Of a stretch of 36,304 nt of DNA, positions 9,560-19,014 are shown piece after piece (position 1 is the stretch's first letter; the number at the start of each line of letters is the position of its first letter). Made by a program: the position numbers and the translations under genes. The stretch is from a virus (lineage: Duplodnaviria; Caudoviricetes), in IMG/VR virus record IMGVR_UViG_3300025875_000771, positions 1-36,304 of that record; one strand, given 5' to 3'. Under the pieces are notes generated by a model. The model was not told the DNA's origin, made no database searches, and saw nothing but the letters and a program-made list of their open reading frames with translations.

Positions 9560-9979
9560 ATGAAACGACTGGCCCTGGTGGCGGCAGCCCTGCTACTGAC
9601 CGGGTGCGCTGCGACTAGCGGCGAAGAGGCGTCCACCACGACCGCGCCCAGCCGGACGACGGAGGCCGCGCCGACTGCCACGCCATCGGCGGTGCCGACG
9701 ATGCCTAGCCGTGCGGACATGGACCCTGCGATGCGGACCATCGCGGAGGCGTTCTACTTGGACCGCCTCCGGAGCACGTACGGCATCACAATCACCGACG
9801 ACACGCGCCTGGTGGGGGCGGGAGACGCGGCGTGCGACTCGATGGACCGAGGCGATTCCAACCAGGCCATGTTCATCGTCGTCGCCGCCCTGCTCCCCGA
9901 CCTCGAGTCCACCGACCAGGCCGTGTCAGTAGCCGCCGTCGCCTCAGGTGTGCTGTGCCCGGAGCACGCCCCTAAGTAG
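9560..9979 (+). CDS. Lipoprotein, DUF732-like domain (moron, opposite strand)
   Basis: MKR + hydrophobic core + LTGC lipobox (Cys16), Thr/Pro/Ala linker, then AFYLDRL...G.AAC...G...LCPEH two-Cys pattern. Confidence 0.85.
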   Translation: MKRLALVAAALLLTGCAATSGEEASTTTAPSRTTEAAPTATPSAVPTMPSRADMDPAMRTIAEAFYLDRLRSTYGITITDDTRLVGAGDAACDSMDRGDSNQAMFIVVAALLPDLESTDQAVSVAAVASGVLCPEHAPK

Positions 9980-10942
9980 GGCGCGGCAATTTCCGCACCC
10001 GGAACGTCACCCCGTGCGAGTCGCCATTCGCCTCGCGGTACGCGGCGGCGGCGTCATCCCGCGCCTTCTGCGCGAAGTCGATGACCGGCTCGGCGACGTA
10101 CTCCCACTGCCGCCTGCGATTGGCCGGGTCCGCCAGGGGGGACTGCGCCTCGTCCACCGGTTGTCCGTGAGGGCCGCGGAGGTTGTCGCGCTCCTGCCAG
10201 GCGAGAAGCAACTCGACGTCATCCTCGGTCCACCCAGGACGGGTGGTTACGGAACGGACAAGACGGTCGCCGTCGTATTCGTACTCGGTGACCTCCACCA
10301 CCTCACGGCGGTCGAAGGTTGAGGGCGCTACTCCGAGGCGGGCGGCGAGCTCGATTCGCTCGTCGAGGAGGCCGCTTTTCCCAGGCGCTCACGCCGTTGC
10401 TGCGGCTCCCAAATGTTCAGCTCGAACGCCGCGTCCACGATCTGGCGGTAATCGTCGTGGGGCAACACCTTGCACAGGTCCGCCCACTCGTTCACACCGG
10501 GCCGGTCGATGGTCGCCTCGACCACCTTGAACGGCCGGTACTTGTCACCCTCGCGGTACGTCGTCCAGCGGTGACCCTCAGCAGCGACAAGGCCGTGGAT
10601 ATTGAAGCCGTAGGCCCGGTCTAGGGGCGCGTCTGCTCGGAACGGGTACTTGGCTGTCAGGCCCGAGAACTCCTGGCCGGGGGCCTGCACGACACGGAGG
10701 GTGACCATGCTGTCCTGCTCGGACGCTTCGAGGTCGGCCAGTTCCTTCTCGAGCGCCGATGTGTCGGCCTTCTTCGTCAGCCGCGCATCGGCCGCGGGGA
10801 GGCGGGCCGTCCGGATCTCCTGAATCAGGTCATCTCTCTTCGCAGAGAGGGTCTGATCGAGGGTCACCTGGACATCCTTGAACGGCCTTTCAGCCGTCTT
10901 CGCCGCCGCTAGTTTCTCGCTGAACGTTGCCACCGTAGCCAC
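9972..10942 (-). CDS. Tail assembly chaperone, long (-1 frameshift) form
   Basis: A -1 shift at GGGAAAA (10382-10376) enters an open frame continuous with ORF 9972..10301. Confidence 0.85.
10328..10942 (-). CDS. Tail assembly chaperone, short form
   Basis: Lies between major tail and tape measure genes; ends ...RLGKAASS. Confidence 0.85.
   Translation of the reverse strand: MATVATFSEKLAAAKTAERPFKDVQVTLDQTLSAKRDDLIQEIRTARLPAADARLTKKADTSALEKELADLEASEQDSMVTLRVVQAPGQEFSGLTAKYPFRADAPLDRAYGFNIHGLVAAEGHRWTTYREGDKYRPFKVVEATIDRPGVNEWADLCKVLPHDDYRQIVDAAFELNIWEPQQRRERLGKAASSTSESSSPPASE
10376..10382 (-). other. Programmed -1 ribosomal frameshift slippery site G GGA AAA
   Basis: X XXY YYZ heptamer in the correct phase at Gly-Lys of the chaperone. 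Confidence 0.85.
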
Positions 10943-11012
10943 CTAAACCACCGGATAGAGATGAATGCCGGGATGGGCGCTCCGGTGGCGTGTTACGCCC
11001 ACCCCAACCCGG

Positions 11013-11498
11013 TTACGCGACGAGCGCGACGTTTTCCTGCGGAACACCCGAGACGCCAAACGACTGGGTGATCGTGAACTGCGAGTTCGCCGCAGGAGTG
11101 TCCTTCCGCTGCGCGCCGGCCTCGACTGGGACGATGTCCACGATGTCGCCGGCCGTGAATGCGTCCGCGTTGTCGTGCGCCCAACGGATCACGAACGACC
11201 CCTGGGTGCCCTTCACGAACGTCTCGCGGGCGAGGTCGTCGGTCTCGTCACCGAACACGTACTGAAGCTCGAACGTGTACGAGGTGGGGCCCGGCTTCGA
11301 CAGGGTCACCGCCAGCGTCAGCCGCGGGTCCTCGATGCTTGTCTCCGTGGACGTGAACGTGAAGGTCTTCAGGTAGTAGGTGACGTCGATACCGCCGGCG
11401 ACATCGGCCGCCGAGGTTGCGTCGTCCGCCTCGGGGACGAAGTGGACGCGGAGGTTGCCGTCCGTGCCCACACTGCGGGGCGTGTAGCTGAGAGCCAT
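11013..11498 (-). CDS. Major tail (tube) protein
   Basis: Start MALSYTPRSVGTDGN at 11498; IDVTYYL and GDIVDIVPVEAG motifs; position in tail operon. Confidence 0.85.
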   Translation of the reverse strand: MALSYTPRSVGTDGNLRVHFVPEADDATSAADVAGGIDVTYYLKTFTFTSTETSIEDPRLTLAVTLSKPGPTSYTFELQYVFGDETDDLARETFVKGTQGSFVIRWAHDNADAFTAGDIVDIVPVEAGAQRKDTPAANSQFTITQSFGVSGVPQENVALVA

Positions 11499-11544
11499 GA
11501 TCGTTTCCTGTTCCTGCCACCGGACCGGGAAAATGTGAGGGGGG

Positions 11545-11970
11545 TTAGAGGGATTGCGACTGCCAGCCGACCTCGGCCGTGTGGAACACCCACCAAGGGG
11601 TCGGGTCGCGGTCAACCGCAAGAGGGGTGGGGACGCCGTACCAAAGCCGTTGCGTCCACTCGCCGGACACGTCAGGGACGATTCCGAACCCGTGCACGAC
11701 AAGCTTCGCCTTCACGGCTTCTGCGACCGCCTGCGCCTGGTAAGCGTCCGCGCCCACCGAGTAGAGGGTGAAACGGGGGTGCCGGAGGACGTTCGGGCCG
11801 GTGAGACGGTCGGTGTCATCAGTGCCGTCCTGCGGGTGGATGACAACGAACCGGAAATCGGTGGAGTGGGGGGCGACGGTGCCCTCGGGAACGGTGGTTA
11901 CGTACACGCTGCTACTGAGCGCGGGGATGGTCTGCAATGTGGAGACGAGCCACTCCGTGTCCCTGAGCAT
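11545..11970 (-). CDS. Tail terminator protein
   Basis: 141 aa, synteny directly before major tail. Confidence 0.7.
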   Translation of the reverse strand: MLRDTEWLVSTLQTIPALSSSVYVTTVPEGTVAPHSTDFRFVVIHPQDGTDDTDRLTGPNVLRHPRFTLYSVGADAYQAQAVAEAVKAKLVVHGFGIVPDVSGEWTQRLWYGVPTPLAVDRDPTPWWVFHTAEVGWQSQSL

Positions 11971-12374
11971 CAGAGGCCCTTACCGTTCAGGGTGTCGTCG
12001 ATGGCCTTACTGATGCCACGCTCGAAGTCTTCGACGTTGTCCGCGAGGGCGCGGACACCGAAACCACGGCCGGAGGGGTTCGAGGGGGTGCCGGTTTCGA
12101 GGATGCCGACGATGGATGCCTGCTTGCGTCCGAGCTCGGGCCCAATCTCCGCCTCGATTCCGTCACGGGTCACCGCGATGTCGTAGGTGACCGTGCCAGG
12201 GCCACCCGGGACGTACTCCGAGCCCTTCAACCGGTCGCGCCACTCGTCCTTGACGTGCCGTGCGGTTATCTCGACCGCCTGGCGAAAGGGCCGCACGTTC
12301 TCGGCGACGAGAGCGCCGAGATCCGCAGTGAGCCGCTCCAAGCTGCCTGAATCGACAGAGAAACCATCCGCCAT
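11970..12374 (-). CDS. Neck/tail completion protein (HK97 gp10-like)
   Basis: AEIGP...ILETGT motif; synteny. Confidence 0.7.
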   Translation of the reverse strand: MADGFSVDSGSLERLTADLGALVAENVRPFRQAVEITARHVKDEWRDRLKGSEYVPGGPGTVTYDIAVTRDGIEAEIGPELGRKQASIVGILETGTPSNPSGRGFGVRALADNVEDFERGISKAIDDTLNGKGL

Positions 12375-12781
12375 CAGGACGCCTCCTCCACCGGGAAACG
12401 CCTCGCGGTGGCGTTGGTCTGAGCAAACGTGCCGCTGATACGGAACCGCCGACCGACCAGTGCCGGATCGGTCACGGACGACAGCACCTCCGCGATCTGC
12501 CCGACCACGACGTCTGACGACGCAAGAACAGGGAGGTGCAACTGCAACTGCTGCTCCGTGACTGGTTGTCCGACCGCGTCAAGCGCTCGAGGCTGAGTCG
12601 CCCCGTACTTCACGCGGCAGGGACCCGTGTACGACACCTCGTCCGGTTCCTGGTCCTGGTCATAGGACAAGGTGTCCGGGTTCCAGACGCGTTCACTGTC
12701 CGCGGATTCGATCCGGCACGTGTCCGTCATCATCGACTCGGCGAGGCGTCGGCCCGCGAGGCTTGCTGAGGTGGCGGTCAT
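12374..12781 (-). CDS. Head-to-tail stopper
   Basis: Start MTATSASLAGRRLAESMMTDTC (ATGA overlap); YTGPCRV and TARRFPVEE motifs. Confidence 0.75.
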   Translation of the reverse strand: MTATSASLAGRRLAESMMTDTCRIESADSERVWNPDTLSYDQDQEPDEVSYTGPCRVKYGATQPRALDAVGQPVTEQQLQLHLPVLASSDVVVGQIAEVLSSVTDPALVGRRFRISGTFAQTNATARRFPVEEAS

Positions 12782-13212
12782 GGCGTGAGTGGCACCCACA
12801 GGTCGGTGGACGCCCAGTAGCCCCGACCCACGAACGGGCGTGTGTCGATGGTGAACGCACCATCCGAGTTCGAGTCGCCAGCGGCAAGGCGGACGAGCTC
12901 GCCGTCGGCCAGGTACAGGGCACCGGTCGAGACGGCCTGGTCGAGCCGGTACCGGTAGTCGTCGACGGACTCTTCGAGCTTCCCGTCCGGGTTGCTGAGC
13001 ACGCGGAGGACCATGGCGCATTGCACCTGGACGACCAGGCGCACGAACGCCGGGGTGCCTTCCTCGACCCGCGTCTCGACCGAGGGTCGCGCGGAGACGA
13101 TGATGCTCCACGCGTCGTCGAGGAGTGTTTCACCGACCGCGAGTTCCGGTTCGGTGAGGGGGCGCAGTGACCTGTTCGACAGATCAGTTCTGGTCGCCGG
13201 ACTTAGAGCCAC
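12778..13212 (-). CDS. Head-to-tail adaptor
   Basis: MVLRVLSNPDGKLEESVDDY and GALYL motifs of actinophage adaptors. Confidence 0.8.
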   Translation of the reverse strand: MALSPATRTDLSNRSLRPLTEPELAVGETLLDDAWSIIVSARPSVETRVEEGTPAFVRLVVQVQCAMVLRVLSNPDGKLEESVDDYRYRLDQAVSTGALYLADGELVRLAAGDSNSDGAFTIDTRPFVGRGYWASTDLWVPLTP

Positions 13213-13227
13213 TGCGTCCCCCTCCCG

Positions 13228-13368
13228 TTACTTCTTGTCTTCGCTGTCCGCCTTGCGCGTCCGGGTCGTCTTCACGGCGGTCCAGCCGGCCGCCGTGTAG
13301 GCGTCGACCTTCTCGTCGGGGATCTCAACCACGGCATCGCTGAGGGGCGGATGCACCTTCGTGCCCAT
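13228..13368 (-). CDS. Small head-associated protein (46 aa)
   Basis: MGTKVHPP...AAGW...KK directly after capsid gene. Confidence 0.55.
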   Translation of the reverse strand: MGTKVHPPLSDAVVEIPDEKVDAYTAAGWTAVKTTRTRKADSEDKK

Positions 13369-13372
13369 CGGG

Positions 13373-14272
13373 TTACGCCTGGGTGGCGCTGGACAGGCGG
13401 ACGAAGTGCGCGAGGTCGCGGTAGCGGAAGCCGACCTCGAACTCGGCACGGACGGCGAACATGTTGCGCTCCCAGAGGTTCACCTGAGTGCCGCCGTCGG
13501 TGATCGACGCCTGCTCGGAGATGCTGAGGGTGATGTTCTCCACGATGCCCACGTGAGCGGACGTCCAGTCGCCGGCGAAGCCGAGCTGGTTGTCGGTGCC
13601 CGAGGTTGCCCCGTTGTAGTCCGCCATGTAGACGCCCTGGGTCGTGTAGACCGGTGCGCCGAGCAGGGCGGGGACAGTGCCGTCGGTGGTGGCGTTGTTG
13701 ATGAACAGGGGCCGGTTGGTGGAGTCCACCGCGCCGAGGAGGAGGCCGCGGGCCTGAGCGGAGAGCGCCCAGCCGGTGATCTGCGTCCCGCCCGCGGCGA
13801 CCGTCTGGTCAGCCGCGACGAGGCCCTTGTACGTGTTGCCGTTGATCCCGACGGTTGCGGCACCGGCGAGGGTGTCGAAGTTCGACCCGGGGGCCGCGTC
13901 GAGACCGAAGATGGTCCGGTCCAGCTTCTTCGCCAGCGCCTGCGGCAGCTTCCGGACGATCTCGTTGTAGAGGGCACCCTTGTCGCGACGGAACTGGTTG
14001 GAGAACGGCACGATGACGGCCGCCGTGTAGGGGGTCATCAGCTTCGAGCCGAAGGTGGGGCGCGAGATCGGCTTGATGGCCGTCTCCGCAACCCAGTTCG
14101 CGGTCGGCTCGCCGGTGATGATGTCCACAGACACCCCGGCACCGGGCAGGTCCACCCGGGTTGCGAGCTGGAGAACGGCAGAGGTGTACTCCGCGGCGCT
14201 CCAGATTTCCTGGGACTGAGCCGGCGTCAGCGTGATGCCGGTGGTAGTCCGATTGACGTCGATACCAGCCAT
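13373..14272 (-). CDS. Major capsid protein (HK97 fold)
   Basis: 299 aa; ANWVAET..KP, GDW, NLWERNMFAVRAEFEVGF motifs. Confidence 0.95.
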   Translation of the reverse strand: MAGIDVNRTTTGITLTPAQSQEIWSAAEYTSAVLQLATRVDLPGAGVSVDIITGEPTANWVAETAIKPISRPTFGSKLMTPYTAAVIVPFSNQFRRDKGALYNEIVRKLPQALAKKLDRTIFGLDAAPGSNFDTLAGAATVGINGNTYKGLVAADQTVAAGGTQITGWALSAQARGLLLGAVDSTNRPLFINNATTDGTVPALLGAPVYTTQGVYMADYNGATSGTDNQLGFAGDWTSAHVGIVENITLSISEQASITDGGTQVNLWERNMFAVRAEFEVGFRYRDLAHFVRLSSATQA

Positions 14273-14299
14273 TTCGGGGTTCCCCTTTCGGAGGAAGAG

Positions 14300-14776
14300 T
14301 TAGAAGTCGGCCAACTGTTCGGCGAACGTGTCGGCGTTAGTGGGTGCGCCCGACTTCCCTGCGGCACCCTGGGAGGGGTCGGCCTTGGGGAACGGGTCGG
14401 TCTTGCCCGCCAGGAGTGGGAGCAGAGTGTCTGCGTCCGCCGCGAGTTCGGCCTCGTCGTTGCCGGAGAGACGGTTGATGAATGCCTTGGGTAGGCCCTT
14501 GTCGATGCCGACGTTGAGTCGGGCAACTTCGAGGGTCCGCACGTTCAGGTCGTTCGTCAGTGCCGCGTTCTCGGCTGCGAGCCGTTCGAGTTCTGCCTTG
14601 GCGGCGGTGGCGTCGGTGATCCCGGCGTCCTCGAAGGGCTTGAGTCGTGCTCGTAGTGCGTTCGCTTCGCGTTCTGCGGCGTCTGCGCGATCGCGCTCCG
14701 CCTTGATCGCCCTCTTCCCTGCGTCGCCGAGCTCGGGGTCGCCCTGAGCGGGGTTCTGGGGATCGGTTTCTGGCAT
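14300..14776 (-). CDS. Scaffolding protein
   Basis: LGDAGKRAIKAER coiled coil, RLSG.DE.EL.ADA, DPSQG motifs; precedes capsid gene. Confidence 0.9.
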   Translation of the reverse strand: MPETDPQNPAQGDPELGDAGKRAIKAERDRADAAEREANALRARLKPFEDAGITDATAAKAELERLAAENAALTNDLNVRTLEVARLNVGIDKGLPKAFINRLSGNDEAELAADADTLLPLLAGKTDPFPKADPSQGAAGKSGAPTNADTFAEQLADF

Positions 14777-14841
14777 GGGTAGGCTCCAAATCGCTTGGAA
14801 GAACCCGCAGACATCGCGTCATGCAGGTGGAATGTGGGGCG

Positions 14842-16005
14842 TCAGAGGGTGACGCCGAGGCTGCGGTAGAACGCGTCCGCGCGTTCCCGGTCCTCACGGA
14901 TCCCGGCCTCACGCTCGGCGATCCATTTGTTATTGCTCGTGTCCCGGATGGGGCGCTCGAGGTAACCGGCGTCGCGGAGGAGTACCCGTCGGGTCTCGAT
15001 GTCATCGGTCAGCCCGACGATGGTTTCCGGCATCAGGCGGGTGCGCTTCACAGTGCTGTAGCGGGTGCCGACCTTCACAGTGCCGGTCCCGGCTGCGACC
15101 TGCTGCTTACCGAATGCACCGCGAACCGTGTTGCCCTCGTTGGTGACGTAGCCGAGGATCGGTGACCCGTCGGGCTTGGTGCCGATGCGGGTTCGTTCCA
15201 GTCGACGTCTGGAGTTCGGAACGGTGGTCCCGCGTGTGCTCCACGAGATCCCGGTCGCACCACGGCGGGCGGACGCGACGGACACCGGGTCAGCGCCGGC
15301 ACGGATAGCTTCCGCACCCGCCTTCGTGAACACCCGATCCTGCTCCGCGGGTGACAGTGACGCGAAGTAGGCGTCGGGGGTTGCATGGAAGCCAGTGGGA
15401 GCCGACTCGCCATCAGGGACCGGTGCGGCGGTGCACTTGCACGCCGGGTGCCGCTTGAACGCCACCTTGTAGGAAGACTTTCCGGCGAGGATCGCGCACC
15501 GGGAGCACGCCCCCGGGGACACAAGCCGCACATACTCCGCGAACCGGCGACTCGTTGCGGCAGTGAGATCCGACGAACGCCCCAGATCGGCCATCGCCGT
15601 CTTGATCATCGCGGCCAGGTACGCGGCCCCCGTCTCGAGCGCCCGGGTCGTACCCAGCCCCGCCCCCACCGCGGTCTTCGCGGTGGTCACCGCCCCGTAC
15701 AGGAGTGTGCCCAGTTCCCTACCGGAACCATCGATCCCCACAAACGACTGCGGGACCACCGCGTCGCCGCTTCCCCCCAAGCCATACTCGCTGGCGAACC
15801 GTGCAGCGGTGCGTGTAGCACCCTCCGCGGCCCGCAACTGCCCCACCTGCACCTGCCGGTTCAAGTCGGACTCGATGAGCCCGTACGAGGCGTCGAAATC
15901 CGCGGTCATACCGCGCCGCCACAGCGAGAGAGAGCGGGTAGTGACCGTCCGGTTCAGCTTGATCAGCCGGTCCTGGCGAGCCCGAGCGACATCGAGAACA
16001 GCCAC
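14842..16005 (-). CDS. Capsid maturation/MuF-like minor head protein
   Basis: ACSRCAILA...FKRHPACKCTAAP motif; between portal and scaffold. Confidence 0.75.
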   Translation of the reverse strand: MAVLDVARARQDRLIKLNRTVTTRSLSLWRRGMTADFDASYGLIESDLNRQVQVGQLRAAEGATRTAARFASEYGLGGSGDAVVPQSFVGIDGSGRELGTLLYGAVTTAKTAVGAGLGTTRALETGAAYLAAMIKTAMADLGRSSDLTAATSRRFAEYVRLVSPGACSRCAILAGKSSYKVAFKRHPACKCTAAPVPDGESAPTGFHATPDAYFASLSPAEQDRVFTKAGAEAIRAGADPVSVASARRGATGISWSTRGTTVPNSRRRLERTRIGTKPDGSPILGYVTNEGNTVRGAFGKQQVAAGTGTVKVGTRYSTVKRTRLMPETIVGLTDDIETRRVLLRDAGYLERPIRDTSNNKWIAEREAGIREDRERADAFYRSLGVTL

Positions 16006-16013
16006 CGTCGTCC

Positions 16014-17369
16014 CTACAGGTTCTCGGCGGCGCTCTGCACCCCGTCGCCGAACGCGGCCTCAGAATCGGTGCGGCGGCGCTGCTTCATCTGCTCGATCGC
16101 CGCCGGCGACTCCGCCATCCGCTCCTGCGCCGTCTCCCAATCGATGAGGCCCGCCTGGAACCGCTTCACAATCGCATCCGTCACCTGCGACACCGTGGGG
16201 GTGCCAGCATCACGCCAGATCGTCTCGAGCCCGCGTGCGTTCGGATCCCACTCACCGGTCCGGAAGCGGAGAACCAGCCGCGAGACCGACTCCCACGAAT
16301 GGCCGAAACCGGTCTGCTTGCGTTCCGCCTTCTTGATCAGGCGCGTCTCACCGGCTCGCTGACCCTCAGCGGACGGGGCGTTCTGGGTGTTCAACCCGAA
16401 GTATTCGATCGGGAGTGACGTGACGCCCGACGCGAGCCGCGCGTACATGTTCATCGCGTTCTCGTAGTTCGACATGTCCGCGGCATCGAACTGGAACGTC
16501 TTGGCGTCCTTATTGCCGAGAGCCCACACTGCGCCGGCCCACGCCTGCCACGCCGGGAGCGGCTGGCCGTCCGTACCAACGAAGTCGCCCTTTGTGGCCC
16601 CCAGGACGCCGCGTGTGGGCGCTGCGAGGGTTTCTTGGACGAGCTGGGCGGTGGTGATCGCGCGGGATGCGGAGTCGGCGATGGGGATAACGTCTGCCAT
16701 CTCGGAGACACCTTCGACGATGGAGCCGTCGACGCGGGTGGCTCGGTTCCGGTTCACGAACGCGACGACCGGAGGTGCGCCCAAGTTGTGAACGTCGGGG
16801 GCGAACTCGTCATCCCAGCGCCCGAAGGTGTCGTTGCGGATCAACCACAGCGTGCGGTTCGGGAGGTAGAACGTGGCCCGCATCTCCTGACCGAAGTCAG
16901 AAGCGTCGTACAGCCGGAGGGCCGCCACGACACGGCGGGTGCGAGGGTCACGGACGGCGATCATCTCGTTCGGTGACTCGATCGTCACCAACGGGTGCTC
17001 GCGGTCATGGTCGTTCGTACCCACGCACACGTACGAGCGGGCCAAGGCGAGCGCATCAGTGTGAGCGAACGTCTGCCGCTCGTCCAGGTTGTTGTACTGC
17101 CAGTTCTCCCACAAATACTGATCCGCAGGCTGCCCCGGCATCCGGAACCCCTGCACATCCAGTCGCTGCTCGACCGCATCCACAGTCACCCGCGGCCAGT
17201 TGAGGACAACACTGAACGCCGCCAACTCCGGCGGGACCGAAAGCCCGAGCTGCTCCAACTTGTGGATGCCCTCGTAATGCTCGTTCAGCAGCTTCGTCCG
17301 GACGCGCGACAAGCGCAGAGTCGCAGCGAGCGAATCGAACAGGGATTGCTCAGTAGCGGAGAGTGCCAA
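16014..17369 (-). CDS. Portal protein (SPP1 gp6-like)
   Basis: NWPRVTVDA, HNLG.PPVV.FVN, SAEG motifs; follows TerL. Confidence 0.93.
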   Translation of the reverse strand: MALSATEQSLFDSLAATLRLSRVRTKLLNEHYEGIHKLEQLGLSVPPELAAFSVVLNWPRVTVDAVEQRLDVQGFRMPGQPADQYLWENWQYNNLDERQTFAHTDALALARSYVCVGTNDHDREHPLVTIESPNEMIAVRDPRTRRVVAALRLYDASDFGQEMRATFYLPNRTLWLIRNDTFGRWDDEFAPDVHNLGAPPVVAFVNRNRATRVDGSIVEGVSEMADVIPIADSASRAITTAQLVQETLAAPTRGVLGATKGDFVGTDGQPLPAWQAWAGAVWALGNKDAKTFQFDAADMSNYENAMNMYARLASGVTSLPIEYFGLNTQNAPSAEGQRAGETRLIKKAERKQTGFGHSWESVSRLVLRFRTGEWDPNARGLETIWRDAGTPTVSQVTDAIVKRFQAGLIDWETAQERMAESPAAIEQMKQRRRTDSEAAFGDGVQSAAENL

Positions 17370-17377
17370 CGTCTCTC

Positions 17378-18817
17378 CTAACGGAACACGGTTATCCGGT
17401 TGTCGACCGGCTCAGGGACACCCGACGTGCGGGTGTGGGCGTAGACCGCCAAGGTGGACGCCACCAGGGGGCTGATGTCCGTTTCGTCGCGGCGGTTCCA
17501 CAGCCACGCGCCGGCCTCGCCCGCGTCACGTTTGCGGGCGGACTCGAGAGCGGCAGTGAGACCCGGCTGGTCCTTGTGGACGAGCTTCGCGTCCTCGACG
17601 AGCTGCTTGAACAGCCCGCACGCCTGCGCGTGCTCCCGGTAGCTGATCTCCGTCACCGAAACACCCGCGATAGTGAACGCCGGGAGCAGGGACCCTGCCG
17701 GACCGATCGGATCGAGGACGATCTGTGACGGGTGCCACTTCTCAGTCATCTCGGCCAGATAGTCGGCCACCCAGCCAGTGCCGCGTGCCCGCTTCACGAC
17801 CTCCGTGTGGACGCGGCCGTCAGCGGTAGCGCCGGCAATGGCGACGGAGGAGAACGATGAATCCGGGGGCACGTCGATGGCGAAAGACACGGGGTCGAAC
17901 ACCTGCGACAAGGGGTCACCGCGCAACGCCCACTGATCCATGTCGATGACCGTCGCCGACCGGGACTCATCCACGATCCCGAGACGCTCACGCGCGAACG
18001 TGACATCCGACATCGCGGCGCGTTCCTTCGCGACGAACTCGATGCGGATACGGCCCGACTCGGTGGCCGGATTCGCCTGCACCCACTGCGCCCGGTCGTC
18101 CAAGTCGCACTTCGGGTCGGCGGAGAACTCGATGTAACAGAGCCCGGGATCCTGCTGTCGGCCATCCTCGAGACGGCCGCGCGACATGACCGACCGCAGC
18201 ACCCGCGACTTGTCCAACGCGGCCGAGGACGCATAAATCAGGCCCGGGTTCGGACGGGCGGACATCGTCGGCAGTGATGCCGCGACCGTCTCCTCCGGAA
18301 GCTCATACGCCTCGTCATAGATCAGGCGATCACAGGAGAACCCGCGACCAGATCCACCAGAACGGGCAAGGAACCGCAACCGGCGGCCGTCGAGGAGCTC
18401 GATGCCCTCCTCGCCATGCGAGGTGCGGACCCGGTCGACCTTCTTACGCAACCAGTCGTTGTTCTCGACCAGGAACAGGACCCGGCGGAACGCCTCCTGG
18501 GCCGTCTTGAACTCGTGCGCCGTGTGGATAACCAACTCGGCACCGAACAGGAACAGGTCCGCGAGCTCGACGCACTCGAGGATCGCGCCCTTGCCGTTCT
18601 GGCGGGGCACGAGAAGGGCCGACTCGAAAGCCGACCAGCGGCCCGACGCATCCTCAGCGAGGAGATCGGTGACCGCATCCTCCTGCCAGCGGTCCAGAAC
18701 CAAACCGGCCGAGGCGGACAGCTCGATCGCTTCAGGCCCCGACGAGAACGAATACTCAGGGACGCTACGAACTCGCGGCCGCACGACGGGCGGCGCGCTT
18801 AGAGGCGAGGTCGTCAC
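17378..18817 (-). CDS. terL: Terminase large subunit
   Basis: Walker A VPRQNGKG, Walker B LIYDEA, FAID nuclease acidic motif, DISPLVA. Confidence 0.95.
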   Translation of the reverse strand: MTTSPLSAPPVVRPRVRSVPEYSFSSGPEAIELSASAGLVLDRWQEDAVTDLLAEDASGRWSAFESALLVPRQNGKGAILECVELADLFLFGAELVIHTAHEFKTAQEAFRRVLFLVENNDWLRKKVDRVRTSHGEEGIELLDGRRLRFLARSGGSGRGFSCDRLIYDEAYELPEETVAASLPTMSARPNPGLIYASSAALDKSRVLRSVMSRGRLEDGRQQDPGLCYIEFSADPKCDLDDRAQWVQANPATESGRIRIEFVAKERAAMSDVTFARERLGIVDESRSATVIDMDQWALRGDPLSQVFDPVSFAIDVPPDSSFSSVAIAGATADGRVHTEVVKRARGTGWVADYLAEMTEKWHPSQIVLDPIGPAGSLLPAFTIAGVSVTEISYREHAQACGLFKQLVEDAKLVHKDQPGLTAALESARKRDAGEAGAWLWNRRDETDISPLVASTLAVYAHTRTSGVPEPVDNRITVFR

Positions 18818-18998
18818 TCACGTCACCCTTCACAGCCGGTGCGTCGACCAGCTCAGCCATCAACGTGCGCAATTCCTTCGCCGTCGAAGCGTTCGGGGAC
18901 TCATCCATCGCCGACGCCAAAGCCAGCGCGATGTCGCGACGCCAAGCGGGCACGGCCACGCCCTCGAGAGCGGCAGTCACGGAGGTCAGGACGGCCAC
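18765..18998 (-). CDS. terS: Terminase small subunit
   Basis: 77 aa helical protein ending DDLASKRAARRA; strong AAGGAGG RBS; overlaps terL start. Confidence 0.75.
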   Translation of the reverse strand: MAVLTSVTAALEGVAVPAWRRDIALALASAMDESPNASTAKELRTLMAELVDAPAVKGDVSDDLASKRAARRAAASS

Positions 18999-19014
18999 TT
19001 CTTCTCCTCCTTTT

